Made by a program: the position numbers and the translations under genes. From the NCBI GenBank assembly GCA_046045965.1, contig JBJOKS010000004.1, forward strand, positions 64,001 to 128,000: a stretch of 64,000 nt of DNA, given 5' to 3'. Shown piece after piece: positions 1 to 10,949 of the stretch (within the stretch, counting starts at the first letter, position 1; each line of letters starts with the position of its first letter). The stretch is from Cyanobacteriota bacterium (GTDB lineage: Bacteria; Cyanobacteriota; Cyanobacteriia; Cyanobacteriales; Nostocaceae). The notes beneath the pieces were generated by a model that saw only the letters and a list, made by a program, of their open reading frames with translations, did not search any database and was not told the origin of the DNA.

Positions 1-33
1 TAAAAATTCAGCGATAATCTAATTAGGAGAAAC

Positions 34-411
34 TTATGGTTTGAAAACAATAGGTAAAGCAACCTTTAATTTCTGACCTGTTGTTAAATCTTGTACTTCT
101 GCAAGTCGATACAAAGAAGTTGCTGCTGAAGCAACGGTTTTTTCTTGAGTTAAAGCAGGAAGAAAACTGATAAATTGATATCTACCATTGCTTTTGGTTA
201 CTTCCATCAGTTTTGATTTTTCATCGGTTGCATTGCGATTGATAACAATAGGCATATCATCAATAATTTCAAATGATTTATCACCTACTTGCAAAGACTC
301 TGCAAAAACCGGAGATGCAAGAGTGGAAAAAGTGACAAATAAAGCAAGTCCAGCAAATGCTGTTTGGGTAAACTGCTTGATTCGTTTACCAACAGACGTA
401 AAGTGTGTCAT
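34..411 (-). CDS. Hypothetical exported protein
   Basis: 125-aa ORF with a basic N-terminus, a hydrophobic stretch and an A-x-A-like cleavage site (SPVFA|ES); divergent from the STAND gene. Confidence 0.65.
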   Translation of the reverse strand: MTHFTSVGKRIKQFTQTAFAGLALFVTFSTLASPVFAESLQVGDKSFEIIDDMPIVINRNATDEKSKLMEVTKSNGRYQFISFLPALTQEKTVASAATSLYRLAEVQDLTTGQKLKVALPIVFKP

Positions 412-670
412 ACTAACCTGTAGAAATAAATTACGATACCTGACCTTTAGGGGTTGGGTTTTTTCTTGCGCTTCAGTTCAATGTCTAGATTGATGACTGC
501 TTGTGCTGTTTTCTCAACCCATACCAAAAATTTAACCAGTACCTAATAGCCTTGTCTACCCACTGTAGTGGTGAGTTGTATAAAAAAAATAGTGGGAAAA
601 AGTAGGGTTGGTGGGTAAAAAATGCTAAATTTACTTAATATCCACTGAAAATTGTCTAAAATCCTGCTAG

Positions 671-3031
671 ATGATAAATATTAATGATAATGATGCGGTA
701 GAATTTACTCAAAATCTGATTCATAACCACACTAAAAAATCTCTTAATAATACACAGATGACTGTATTGAGGGCTTGTTTCGAGGGTAAAGGTTATCCAG
801 ATATAGCTAAGGAGAATAATTTTAATTACGATCATACTAAAAAAACTGGTTATGAACTATGGACAATACTTACTGAAATATTAGGAACAAGAGTTACACA
901 AAAGAATTTTAGAACTGTAATAGAACAAAAGTTACAGACTGAAAAAAAGAAAACATCGAATTCTGAAATCTCACCCAAATGTAATGATGAGTTACGTGAT
1001 TTTTTCGGACGAGACACAGCAATTAAGGATATTGATAAACTTGTTAATGAACGCAACAAAATCATTGTAATTCAAGCCGCAGGGGGAGTAGGAAAGACAA
1101 CGTTAGCCAAGCAATATTTATATAATAATTTTGATTTAGTCCTACCACTAGAAATGGCTAAAGATACAGAAAATATTACTGCTGTTGAAAGTGAAATTGA
1201 AACTTGGCTAAAACAATACTTTCAAGAAGAACCAGGAAGAGATTTTAAAACTACCCTAAATAGGCTCAAACAACAATTACAAAACCGCAAAGTAGGAATA
1301 TTAATTGATAACTTAGAACCTGCTTTAGATGAACGAGGTAGGTTGATTGAAAAAAATAGTCTTTATGTTGAACTATTAAGAGTTTTAGCTGGTGAAAATG
1401 TACAGTCTCTCACCCTCATTACCAGTAGAGAACGTTTATGTGATGATCGTGTGAATGGTATTTATCATTATCATTTAGCTGTGTTGACTGTAGAAGCATG
1501 GGGAGAATTTTTTACAACTCGTAAAATTAAGATTGATACCCCATCTTTGGAAGCAATGCAAAAGATTTATGGGGGTAATGCGAAAGCAATGGATATCCTG
1601 TTTGGGGTAATGAGAGAAGATTATGATGGGGATATGGCCGCTTATTGGCTAGAAAATTCTACTTGCGTAGAAACGGAATTAAAGAATTTAGTTGAAAGTC
1701 AATTTAAACGGTTGCAGACTTTAGATATTGAAACTTATAAACTACTTTGTCGGTTAGGATGTTTTCGTTATCAGGATGTACCCAGAGTTTCTACAGATGC
1801 GCTGTTAGCTTTACTTTGGGATGTTCCTCAAGAGAAGCAAAGAGATGTAATTAAAGCTTTGCGAAATCGGTGTTTAGTTGAGTTTGAAAAGGGTGAATAT
1901 TGGTTACATCCAGTTATTCGGAAACAGGGGATAGAGAGGTTGAAAGCAAGTGGAGAATGGGAGGAAGTAAATTGTAAAGCGGCAGAATTTTGGACTAATA
2001 GTGTGAAGACTATTGAAACTATAGATGACGCAAAAAAAGCATTTGAAGCTTATCATCATAATGTGGAAATTAATGATTATGATCAAGCTGTTTCTATAAT
2101 TCTTAAAGAAAGAGATAATAAATGGGTAAAAAGTTCTACTTTTAGCGTATCATGCTATAGACTGGGTTTATTGCAACAAATAATTTTAGCTATTAATTTT
2201 TTAAAAGACCAAATAGTAATAGGCTATGAATTAGCGAGACTTTACAATATTTTAGCTTTAATTTACTGGGTTAATGGTTGCATTTATGATGCTAGTAGAT
2301 GTTCAGAAAAATCCATAGATATTATTAGGAAACATCAAAAATTATCTGAGAATAGAAAATGTTGTACCCACAATAACGAAAACCATGAAATTCAGGTCAA
2401 TTCTTTATTTTTGGAAGGTGTATTGAGAATTTCTATGGGTGAATTAAAATCAGCAATGGAATTATTTACTAAAATAGTATCCTATGAAGATTCTCTAGAA
2501 AATTACTATAATTTAATCATAAAACCCTGGTTTTGTTTAGCATATTTAAATTCCTGCTTGGGATTTAAAAAAGAAGCATATTTTTTTGCTAAAAAGAGTG
2601 AGTTTTCAATATCTTTAAGTGAATGGGAATTAGGGCATAAATTATTTTTTTTAGGTAAAACATATAAAAATCTTGGGAAAATAGAAAAATCCTTTTCAAT
2701 ATATAAACAAGCAATTGAATTTGCTGAAGAAAGTCATTATACTCAACTTAAAGCAAAAACATTAACTGGTTTAGCAGAACTATATCGAATACAAAATGAT
2801 TTTAAAATTGCACTTTTCTATCATTCTGAATCAATTGAAATATTAGATAAAATTGGTGCTAAATGTGATTTAGCAGAAGCATACTACCAACTAGGATTAA
2901 CATATCAAAAAATAGGTGAAACTGAGAAAATCCACACCAACTTTAACGAAGCTATCCGACTATTCAACGAAATCGAAGCACCTAAGCAAGTTGAGAAAGT
3001 GGAAAAAGCGAAAACAGGAAATATTGATTAA
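671..3031 (+). CDS. STAND-class NB-ARC ATPase with N-terminal HTH-like domain and C-terminal TPRs
   Basis: Walker A AAGGVGKTT, Walker B ILIDNLE, LITSR sensor motif, GGNAKAM (GxP-like), WLHPVIR (MHD-like), and C-terminal TPR repeats (AEAYYQLGLTYQKIGE). Confidence 0.85.
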   Translation: MININDNDAVEFTQNLIHNHTKKSLNNTQMTVLRACFEGKGYPDIAKENNFNYDHTKKTGYELWTILTEILGTRVTQKNFRTVIEQKLQTEKKKTSNSEISPKCNDELRDFFGRDTAIKDIDKLVNERNKIIVIQAAGGVGKTTLAKQYLYNNFDLVLPLEMAKDTENITAVESEIETWLKQYFQEEPGRDFKTTLNRLKQQLQNRKVGILIDNLEPALDERGRLIEKNSLYVELLRVLAGENVQSLTLITSRERLCDDRVNGIYHYHLAVLTVEAWGEFFTTRKIKIDTPSLEAMQKIYGGNAKAMDILFGVMREDYDGDMAAYWLENSTCVETELKNLVESQFKRLQTLDIETYKLLCRLGCFRYQDVPRVSTDALLALLWDVPQEKQRDVIKALRNRCLVEFEKGEYWLHPVIRKQGIERLKASGEWEEVNCKAAEFWTNSVKTIETIDDAKKAFEAYHHNVEINDYDQAVSIILKERDNKWVKSSTFSVSCYRLGLLQQIILAINFLKDQIVIGYELARLYNILALIYWVNGCIYDASRCSEKSIDIIRKHQKLSENRKCCTHNNENHEIQVNSLFLEGVLRISMGELKSAMELFTKIVSYEDSLENYYNLIIKPWFCLAYLNSCLGFKKEAYFFAKKSEFSISLSEWELGHKLFFLGKTYKNLGKIEKSFSIYKQAIEFAEESHYTQLKAKTLTGLAELYRIQNDFKIALFYHSESIEILDKIGAKCDLAEAYYQLGLTYQKIGETEKIHTNFNEAIRLFNEIEAPKQVEKVEKAKTGNID

Positions 3032-3037
3032 CCAAAT

Positions 3038-3066
3038 GTAGGGATTTAGCATTGCTAAACCCCTAC
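3038..3066. repeat. GTAG-type REP-like palindrome (further copies at 54267-54291 and 57971-57999)
   Basis: GTAGGGATTTAGCATTGCTAAACCCCTAC; three near-identical copies, each just downstream of a stop codon. Confidence 0.8.
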
Positions 3067-3091
3067 TACATTCTTAATTACAAATTACAAA

Positions 3092-3520
3092 TTACTTTCC
3101 AGGTTTCACCACCAATACAGAACAATTAGCCTCTTCCATCACCTGAGTGCTAACAGAACCCTGAACAATTCTTTTCATCCCCGTTAACCCGCGACTACCA
3201 ATCACCACTAAGTCAGCTTTGTAAATATTGGCTAGTCTAATAATCTCGTCCGCAGGATCACCAGTTACTAATTCTAACTCGCTTTTGACTGACAATTGTT
3301 CCTGATATGATTGCATCTGCTTTTCAACATGGAAATAAGCCGACTTTGGTGAGTCTGGATGAGGACGATCAGCGGGTAATTCTATTTCTGACTCTGGGGT
3401 AGGAAATACATGACAAAGAATAACTTTGGTGTTTGACGACAGCACCAAATCACCTAAAGTCTGAATTACTCGTTCAGCAATTTCCGAGCCATCCAGAGCT
3501 ACTAAAATAGTTTTTAACAC
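3092..3520 (-). CDS. Universal stress protein (UspA family)
   Basis: ILVALDGS N-terminus and ADLVVIGSRGLTGMKRIVQGSVS motif. Confidence 0.93.
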   Translation of the reverse strand: MLKTILVALDGSEIAERVIQTLGDLVLSSNTKVILCHVFPTPESEIELPADRPHPDSPKSAYFHVEKQMQSYQEQLSVKSELELVTGDPADEIIRLANIYKADLVVIGSRGLTGMKRIVQGSVSTQVMEEANCSVLVVKPGK

Positions 3521-3697
3521 CGCTTTTGTCTCCTCAAGGTAGACCCCTTAAATTATCACATCAAGAATTTGATTGGTTGGAACACCAACAATTTTCCTCA
3601 TGTGAACTTTAGTTTGCTAAAATTCACAAACTTACTATTATTAACTATGAAGTAGCTGCTGTCAACCGCATTCAGGGAAAAAATATTGCATTCTAAA

Positions 3698-4999
3698 TTA
3701 CTCTTGTTCCTCAACTCGCCTTCGTACTGAATCAGCATGAGAAGGTAAACCTTCGGCTGTAGCTAGAGTGTCAATTGCACTAGCCACTTTCCCCAGTGCT
3801 GTTGGTGAGTATTGGATAATACTAGAGTGTTTAAGGAAAGTTTCTACACCCAAAGCAGAAGCATAACGGGCAGCACCGGAGGTAGGTAAAGTATGGTTAG
3901 GACCAGCCAAATAGTCTCCTACAGCTTCTGGTGTGGAATTACCCAAGAAAATAGCACCAGCATGACGAATCTGCGAAATTAAAGCCCAAGGATCTTGAAC
4001 TTCTAATTCTAGGTGTTCAGGAGCAAATTCATTTGAGAGTTGTGCTGCTGCTTCTAGAGATTCGACAACGACAATTAAGCCGTAATGTGCGATCGCTTTT
4101 TCTGTGTCTATTCGTCTTGGGTGATCGATCAGTTGTCTATCTACAGCTACCTGGACTTTCTTTGCTAAACCAGCATCTGTTGTTAACAAAATCGCTGCTG
4201 CCATTGGATCATGTTCAGCCTGTGCTAACAAATCCGCCGCTACGTGTGCAGCATTAGCTGTTTCGTCAGCAATAATCAGCACTTCGCTAGGTCCTGCTAA
4301 AGAATCAATCCCCACTGTGCCGTAGACTAGCTTTTTAGCCAAGGTGACATAAATGTTACCAGGTCCACTAATCACATTCACTTTAGGAATTGTTTCTGTA
4401 CCATAGGCTAAAGCAGCGATCGCTTGAGCGCCCCCAATGCGATAAATTTCTTCTACTCCAGCTTCCTGGGCAGCTACCAAGACTGCTGGATTAACTGCTT
4501 TACCTGCCCCTAGCGGTGTTACCATCACTATCCGAGGTACACCTGCTACTTTAGCGGGTATAGCATTCATCAACACCGTACTGGGGTAGGAAGCCCGACC
4601 TCCAGGGACGTATAAACCTGCCCGATCTACAGGAGTATAGCGTTTACCCAGTACCACTTCATCATCGCCAAAGTGTACCCAGCTTTTTGGTACACGCTGA
4701 CGGTGAAACGCTTCAATTTGGCGACAAGCCAGCTGAATAGCTGCCAACAAATCCTTTGATACCTGTTGGTAAGCCGCATCCAGTTCTGAACCTGTCACCC
4801 TTAGTTCTTCTGGTTGCAAGGTTTGGTGGTCAAATTCGGCTGTGTAGTGCAGTACAGCTTTGTCGCCTTGGCGTTTGACTGCTTGCAACACTTCCCGCAC
4901 CGTTGCTTCTTTGTGAAGCACTTGTTCATCCTGGGTGCGATCGCAGATACGTTGTAGTTCGGATATAACGTCTGCCTGCTGAGTAATAATTCGCAGCAT
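3698..4999 (-). CDS. hisD: Histidinol dehydrogenase
   Basis: GLYVPGG, GPGNIYV, AGPSEVL, QAEHD, APEHLE and GPNHTLPT motifs. Confidence 0.97.
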   Translation of the reverse strand: MLRIITQQADVISELQRICDRTQDEQVLHKEATVREVLQAVKRQGDKAVLHYTAEFDHQTLQPEELRVTGSELDAAYQQVSKDLLAAIQLACRQIEAFHRQRVPKSWVHFGDDEVVLGKRYTPVDRAGLYVPGGRASYPSTVLMNAIPAKVAGVPRIVMVTPLGAGKAVNPAVLVAAQEAGVEEIYRIGGAQAIAALAYGTETIPKVNVISGPGNIYVTLAKKLVYGTVGIDSLAGPSEVLIIADETANAAHVAADLLAQAEHDPMAAAILLTTDAGLAKKVQVAVDRQLIDHPRRIDTEKAIAHYGLIVVVESLEAAAQLSNEFAPEHLELEVQDPWALISQIRHAGAIFLGNSTPEAVGDYLAGPNHTLPTSGAARYASALGVETFLKHSSIIQYSPTALGKVASAIDTLATAEGLPSHADSVRRRVEEQE

Positions 5000-5428
5000 G
5001 GAGTAAGGACAATGCCAAAATTAGAATGTTCCCGTTTGAGAATTAGTTTGGCTCTTTACCCATTCAGGGATCAGGCTCATCCTAAATTCTCTTCTCTAGC
5101 TTAACCTGGATTTTTTTGATACTCCCAAGATTCTTACCTGTGAAAATCCATCCTCATTAAAAATGAACTGAATTACCAGTTACACCTCTGCTTGCGGTTT
5201 TGGTGAGTTGGGACACTGTTTAGTTATCCTATTTTAACGCATTTCCTGATTTTCCGGCTCTCCTACTTTCAGAAAATTTCACAAACCAGATGAGGGCTAT
5301 TTTTTAATGATCAGAAAATTCTCAGGTAATATTTTTTCGGGAAATTATAACATTGGCAATTTTGGTGCTATATTAGTAAATCTAGTAGTGTGTGTACATA
5401 TTAATTAATAGTTTTTTTGGAATTGACT

Positions 5429-5722
5429 GTGGCGAATACAAAGTCTGCTCTCAAACGCGCCCAAATCGCAGAACGCAACCGACTGCGTAACAAAGCATAT
5501 AAGTCAGCAGTAAAGACGCTGATGAAGAAATACTTTACTGCTGTGGAAGCTCATGCGGCTAATCCTACTCCAGAATCAAAACAAGCAGTAGATGCTCGGA
5601 TGTCTGAGGCTTACAGCAAAATTGATAAAGCTGTAAAGCGGGGTGTGCTACATCCCAACACCGGGGCGAGGAAAAAGTCAAGGTTAGCTCACAAACTTAA
5701 ACCGCTGACCCAAACAGCATAG
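5429..5722 (+). CDS. rpsT: 30S ribosomal protein S20
   Basis: GTG start giving [10 protein letters not shown]...; [22 protein letters not shown]. Confidence 0.97.
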   Translation: MANTKSALKRAQIAERNRLRNKAYKSAVKTLMKKYFTAVEAHAANPTPESKQAVDARMSEAYSKIDKAVKRGVLHPNTGARKKSRLAHKLKPLTQTA

Positions 5723-5790
5723 TAGTCATCAGTCATTAGTCATTAGCTAAGAGATTAATGGCTCACCCAATGCCCAGAAATGACTCCATC

Positions 5791-6588
5791 ATGCAATTAG
5801 TAGACACCCACGTACATCTCAACTTTGATCTATTTCAGCCAGATTTAGCAGCAGTGCGATCGCGTTGGCAAGAAGCAGGGATAGTACGTTTAGTACATTC
5901 CTGTGTTCACCCCGAAGAATTTGCCAGCATTCAAACTCTAGCTCACCAGTTTCCCGAAATCAGTTTTGCCGTTGGTTTGCATCCTTTAGACGCAGCCAAA
6001 TGGAATCACCAGACAGCAGAGAAAATCAAATCTCTAGCCAGTTCCGATTCTCAAGTGGTAGCGATTGGAGAAATGGGGCTAGATTTTTACAAGGCAAATG
6101 ACTATGAACAACAGTACATAGTATTTGAAGCGCAATTAGCGATCGCAGCCGAACTTAACTTACCAGTGATCATCCATTGTCGTGATACCGCACCACAGGT
6201 AAGAGAAGTATTGCAAAAATGGCGGGAAAATCAAGGGGAAAGAGTGCGGGGTGTAATGCATTGTTGGGGGGGAACGCCAGAAGAAACCCAATGGTTTCTG
6301 GATTTAGGCTTCTATATCAGCTTCAGTGGCACTGTTACCTTTAAAAACGCGAAAACCATCCAAGCATCAGCCGCTATGGTGAGTAGCGATCGGCTACTGA
6401 TTGAAACAGATTGTCCGTTTCTGGCTCCCACACCCAAAAGAGGCGAAAAACGCAACGAACCAGCTTATGTAGGTTATGTAGCTGCACAAATAGCCAAAAT
6501 CAGGGGGGAAACATTAGAGGCGATCGCCCATCAAACCACCGAAAACGCTTGCAAATTATTCGGACTCTCATTAACAAAGAGTAATTAA
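5791..6588 (+). CDS. tatD: TatD family deoxyribonuclease
   Basis: DTHVH, GLHP, IGEMGLD, IIHCR, GVMHCW and ETDCPFL motifs; start placed at MQLVDTH. Confidence 0.93.
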   Translation: MQLVDTHVHLNFDLFQPDLAAVRSRWQEAGIVRLVHSCVHPEEFASIQTLAHQFPEISFAVGLHPLDAAKWNHQTAEKIKSLASSDSQVVAIGEMGLDFYKANDYEQQYIVFEAQLAIAAELNLPVIIHCRDTAPQVREVLQKWRENQGERVRGVMHCWGGTPEETQWFLDLGFYISFSGTVTFKNAKTIQASAAMVSSDRLLIETDCPFLAPTPKRGEKRNEPAYVGYVAAQIAKIRGETLEAIAHQTTENACKLFGLSLTKSN

Positions 6589-6632
6589 ACGCAGTAAATT
6601 GCTTTTCTACCAAATCAATCGCCAGCAAAAGT

Positions 6633-6654
6633 AGGCACTCAAAGAGTGCTTTTT
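6633..6654 (+). terminator. Probable intrinsic terminator after tatD
   Basis: AGGCACTC-aaa-GAGTGCTT hairpin followed by a T run. Confidence 0.45.
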
Positions 6655-7465
6655 GAGCATTACCTTGAGTAAGTCCAGCAATTTACAAAAATAAGACTCT
6701 CGGAGGACAAAAATATGCTAATATTATTCCCTCCAAAACATTTTACTTGCGTCATAATGATAAAGGAAGGAATTTTTAACTTACTACTGAAAATTGCTGG
6801 TTAAGGATAGGTATAAAATCTATCTAGCTGGTTGGGTAATGGTGATTGTTGATAAAATAAAACCCAAATTTCACGGACATCTAAAATATCTCTACAAGCA
6901 GATGCTCTCAATAAATAACAAACCCTGGCAGCCTAGTTTGATATGGAATTGTACACAACAGCGTATCTCGGCGTATTTAAATATAGAAAATTCTTAAAAG
7001 AAAGAGCCTTGTGACCAAAATTCAGCAAAATAAATCCATCCTGATGCAAAGCCAATTCTTGTGGATTCTTCATTTTTGGGATCTCACTGTGAGTATAGAT
7101 GAGGTCTTTTAAAGATACAACAGTGGGGATGAGCATAGATTTAATGAACGGGCTAAGTGGGAGGGCTGGAGTGATCAAAACAAATCAAACTCAGGAAGAT
7201 ATCAACAATATGTTCTTCTGGCATAACTTCCCACACTGGATGTTAGTCATCCTAGCTGATCCTCCAGGGCGATTAGCCACTTGTCAAAAGCGTCCATTCC
7301 AGATTTAATTGCTGCGGAAAGCTCGCACTTGTAAACAGCAGGTAGTGTCAAGACAAGTTCCCCAACATCTGGCCTAAACAAAGCTAGAGGCGGAACACCA
7401 CAGTAGGGGCAGGGTTTCCCTGCCCATCCAAGCGAAAGTTTAACCAGGTTGACAAAGGTAGAGGC

Positions 7466-10400
7466 ATGATTAACGAAACATATATGGAACCCGCCTTTCT
7501 GTTACCCGACTTGATTGAAATCCAGCGTTCAAGCTTTCGCTGGTTTTTAGAAGAAGGGCTAATAGAAGAGTTGAACTCCTTTAGTCCGATTACAGACTAC
7601 ACAGGAAAATTAGAACTACACTTTTTAGGTCATAACTATAAACTCAAAGAACCCAAGTATAGCGTCGAAGAATCTAAACGGCGGGATAGCACTTATGCAG
7701 TGCAAATGTATGTTCCTACTAGACTCTTAAACAAAGAAACAGGGGATATTAAAGAACAAGAAGTATTTATAGGCGATTTGCCTTTGATGACAGATCGGGG
7801 AACGTTTATCATCAACGGAGCCGAGCGCGTCATAGTCAACCAAATCGTGCGATCGCCAGGAGTTTATTACAAATCAGAAATTGACAAAAACGGTAGACGG
7901 ACTTATTCTGCCAGCTTAATCCCTAACCGGGGGGCATGGCTGAAATTTGAAACAGACCGTAACGATTTAGTTTGGGTACGCATCGACAAAACCCGCAAAC
8001 TATCAGCCCAGGTACTACTCAAAGCACTAGGATTATCAGACAACGAAATCTTTGATGCCCTACGCCACCCAGAATACTTCCAAAAAACCATCGAAAAAGA
8101 AGGGCAATTTTCCGAAGAAGAAGCCCTCATGGAGTTGTATCGCAAACTGCGTCCCGGTGAACCACCAACCGTATTAGGTGGACAGCAACTCTTAGACTCC
8201 CGCTTCTTCGACCCCAAACGCTACGACTTAGGGCGAGTAGGCAGATACAAACTCAACAAAAAACTGCGCCTCTCCGTTCCCGACACACTGAGAGTTCTCA
8301 CCCCTGGGGACATCTTAGCAGCCGTAGATTATCTAATCAACCTAGAATATGACATTGGTAGTATTGACGACATTGACCACCTCGGAAATCGCAGAGTCAG
8401 AAGCGTAGGTGAACTACTACAAAACCAAGTCAGAGTAGGGTTAAACCGTTTAGAGCGGATCATTCGGGAAAGAATGACTGTATCAGATGCCGAAGTTCTC
8501 ACCCCAGCATCCCTCGTCAACCCCAAACCCCTAGTAGCAGCAATCAAAGAATTCTTTGGTTCCAGCCAACTGAGTCAGTTCATGGATCAAACCAATCCCC
8601 TCGCAGAACTCACCCATAAACGCCGACTCAGTGCCTTGGGTCCCGGTGGTCTAACCAGAGAAAGAGCAGGTTTTGCAGTCCGGGATATTCACCCCAGTCA
8701 CTACGGACGCATCTGCCCCATTGAAACACCAGAAGGACCAAACGCCGGATTAATTGGTTCATTAGCCACCCATGCCCGTGTTAACCAATATGGATTCCTA
8801 GAAACACCCTTTAGACCAGTAGAAAACGGACGTGTCTGCTACGAAAAAGCCGCAGTCTACATGACAGCAGACGAAGAAGACGACCTGCGGGTAGCACCAG
8901 GAGACATCCCAGTTGATGAAACCGGACACATTATTGGACCACAAGTACCAGTCCGCTATCGTCAAGAATTTTCCACCACCACACCGGAACAAGTAGACTA
9001 CGTAGCAGTTTCACCCGTACAGATTGTCTCCGTAGCCACCAGCATGATTCCCTTCTTGGAACACGACGACGCAAACCGCGCCCTCATGGGTTCCAATATG
9101 CAACGGCAAGCAGTACCTTTACTTAAACCAGAGCGTCCGTTAGTAGGAACAGGTTTAGAAGCCCAAGGAGCGCGAGACTCAGGGATGGTGATAGTTTCCC
9201 GTACAGATGGCGACGTTGTTTATGCCGATGCAGCAGAAATTCGCGTCAGAGTCAGAGAAAAAGCCCTGACCGGCGGGGAAGATGCAAACAGCAATGCTGC
9301 CAAACCCCAGGAAATTAGATATGTATTGTCTAAATATCAACGTTCCAACCAAGACACCTGCCTCAACCAAAAACCCCTAGTCCGCATTGGTGAGAAAGTC
9401 GTAGCTGGACAAGTTTTGGCAGATGGTTCTTCGACTGAAGGGGGAGAACTGGCACTAGGACAAAACATAGTCGTAGCTTATATGCCCTGGGAAGGCTACA
9501 ACTACGAAGACGCGATTTTGATATCCGAACGTCTGGTACAGGATGATATTTATACCTCAATTCACATTGAAAAATATGAAATTGAGGCCAGACAAACCAA
9601 GCTCGGACCAGAAGAAATCACCAGAGAAATTCCCAACGTGGGAGAAGATGCTCTGCGACAGTTAGATGAACAGGGAATAATTAGAATTGGAGCCTGGGTA
9701 GAATCCGGTGATATTCTAGTGGGAAAAGTTACCCCCAAAGGTGAATCTGACCAACCTCCAGAAGAAAAACTGCTACGGGCAATCTTTGGTGAAAAAGCCC
9801 GTGACGTGCGGGATAACTCCCTGCGAGTTCCCAATGGTGAAAAAGGCCGGGTTGTGGATGTGCGGTTGTTCACCAGAGAACAGGGTGATGAACTGCCACC
9901 GGGGGCAAACATGGTGGTGCGGGTATATGTGGCACAGAAGCGCAAAATCCAAGTCGGCGACAAAATGGCAGGGAGACACGGCAACAAGGGGATTATTTCC
10001 CGCATTCTCCCCGCTGAAGATATGCCCTATTTGGCTGATGGTTCGCCGGTGGATATTGTGTTGAATCCTTTGGGTGTACCGAGCCGGATGAACGTGGGTC
10101 AAGTGTTTGAATGTTTGTTAGGTTGGGCTGGTCACAACTTGGGAGTGCGGTTTAAGATCACTCCCTTTGATGAAATGTATGGGGAAGAGTCTTCCCGCCG
10201 CATTGTTCATGGCAAACTGCAAGAAGCGAGGGACGAAACTGGTAAAGACTGGGTATATAACCCTGATGATCCGGGCAAAATCATGGTTTATGACGGCCGC
10301 ACGGGGGAACCCTTTGACCGTCCCATCACCGTGGGAGTCGCTTATATGCTGAAGCTGGTGCATTTAGTGGATGACAAAATTCACGCCCGTTCCACAGGAC

Positions 10401-10807
10401 CCTATTCTCTGGTAACTCAGCAACCCTTGGGTGGTAAAGCGCAACAAGGTGGTCAAAGATTTGGAGAAATGGAAGTTTGGGCGCTGGAGGCTTTTGGCGC
10501 TGCCTATACTTTGCAGGAATTGTTAACAGTTAAATCCGACGATATGCAAGGTAGAAATGAAGCTCTGAATGCGATCGTTAAGGGTAAGGCTATTCCTCGT
10601 CCGGGTACTCCAGAATCTTTCAAAGTGTTAATGCGAGAGTTGCAATCTTTGGGTTTGGATATTGCGGTTCACAAGGTGGAAACCCAAGCCGATGGCAGTT
10701 CTTTGGATGTGGAAGTTGACCTAATGGCGGATCAATCTGCTCGCCGCACTCCTCCCCGTCCTACCTATGAGTCACTTTCTCGTGAGTCTTTGGAAGAAGA
10801 CGAATAA
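7466..10807 (+). CDS. rpoB: RNA polymerase beta subunit
   Basis: [25 protein letters not shown] and [14 protein letters not shown] motifs. Confidence 0.99.
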   Translation: MINETYMEPAFLLPDLIEIQRSSFRWFLEEGLIEELNSFSPITDYTGKLELHFLGHNYKLKEPKYSVEESKRRDSTYAVQMYVPTRLLNKETGDIKEQEVFIGDLPLMTDRGTFIINGAERVIVNQIVRSPGVYYKSEIDKNGRRTYSASLIPNRGAWLKFETDRNDLVWVRIDKTRKLSAQVLLKALGLSDNEIFDALRHPEYFQKTIEKEGQFSEEEALMELYRKLRPGEPPTVLGGQQLLDSRFFDPKRYDLGRVGRYKLNKKLRLSVPDTLRVLTPGDILAAVDYLINLEYDIGSIDDIDHLGNRRVRSVGELLQNQVRVGLNRLERIIRERMTVSDAEVLTPASLVNPKPLVAAIKEFFGSSQLSQFMDQTNPLAELTHKRRLSALGPGGLTRERAGFAVRDIHPSHYGRICPIETPEGPNAGLIGSLATHARVNQYGFLETPFRPVENGRVCYEKAAVYMTADEEDDLRVAPGDIPVDETGHIIGPQVPVRYRQEFSTTTPEQVDYVAVSPVQIVSVATSMIPFLEHDDANRALMGSNMQRQAVPLLKPERPLVGTGLEAQGARDSGMVIVSRTDGDVVYADAAEIRVRVREKALTGGEDANSNAAKPQEIRYVLSKYQRSNQDTCLNQKPLVRIGEKVVAGQVLADGSSTEGGELALGQNIVVAYMPWEGYNYEDAILISERLVQDDIYTSIHIEKYEIEARQTKLGPEEITREIPNVGEDALRQLDEQGIIRIGAWVESGDILVGKVTPKGESDQPPEEKLLRAIFGEKARDVRDNSLRVPNGEKGRVVDVRLFTREQGDELPPGANMVVRVYVAQKRKIQVGDKMAGRHGNKGIISRILPAEDMPYLADGSPVDIVLNPLGVPSRMNVGQVFECLLGWAGHNLGVRFKITPFDEMYGEESSRRIVHGKLQEARDETGKDWVYNPDDPGKIMVYDGRTGEPFDRPITVGVAYMLKLVHLVDDKIHARSTGPYSLVTQQPLGGKAQQGGQRFGEMEVWALEAFGAAYTLQELLTVKSDDMQGRNEALNAIVKGKAIPRPGTPESFKVLMRELQSLGLDIAVHKVETQADGSSLDVEVDLMADQSARRTPPRPTYESLSRESLEEDE

Positions 10808-10949
10808 TTCATAATTAGTAATTCATAATTCATAATTAATTTCGCAGTTATGAATTATGAATTATCAATTATGAGTTAATTTTGTGTCCCCAATAATTCA
10901 TAATTAATTCCCCAATTATGAATTATCAATTATCAATTATGAATTAATT
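10805..10949. repeat. STRR heptamer arrays (TAATTCA / AATTATG / AATTATC), arranged partly as inverted pairs
   Basis: Tandem 7-mers fill the rpoB-rpoC1 spacer. Confidence 0.85.

Noticed and set aside
6794..7308. Three short ORFs upstream of rpoB
   Set aside because: No motifs, mutually overlapping, and better explained as promoter or leader sequence
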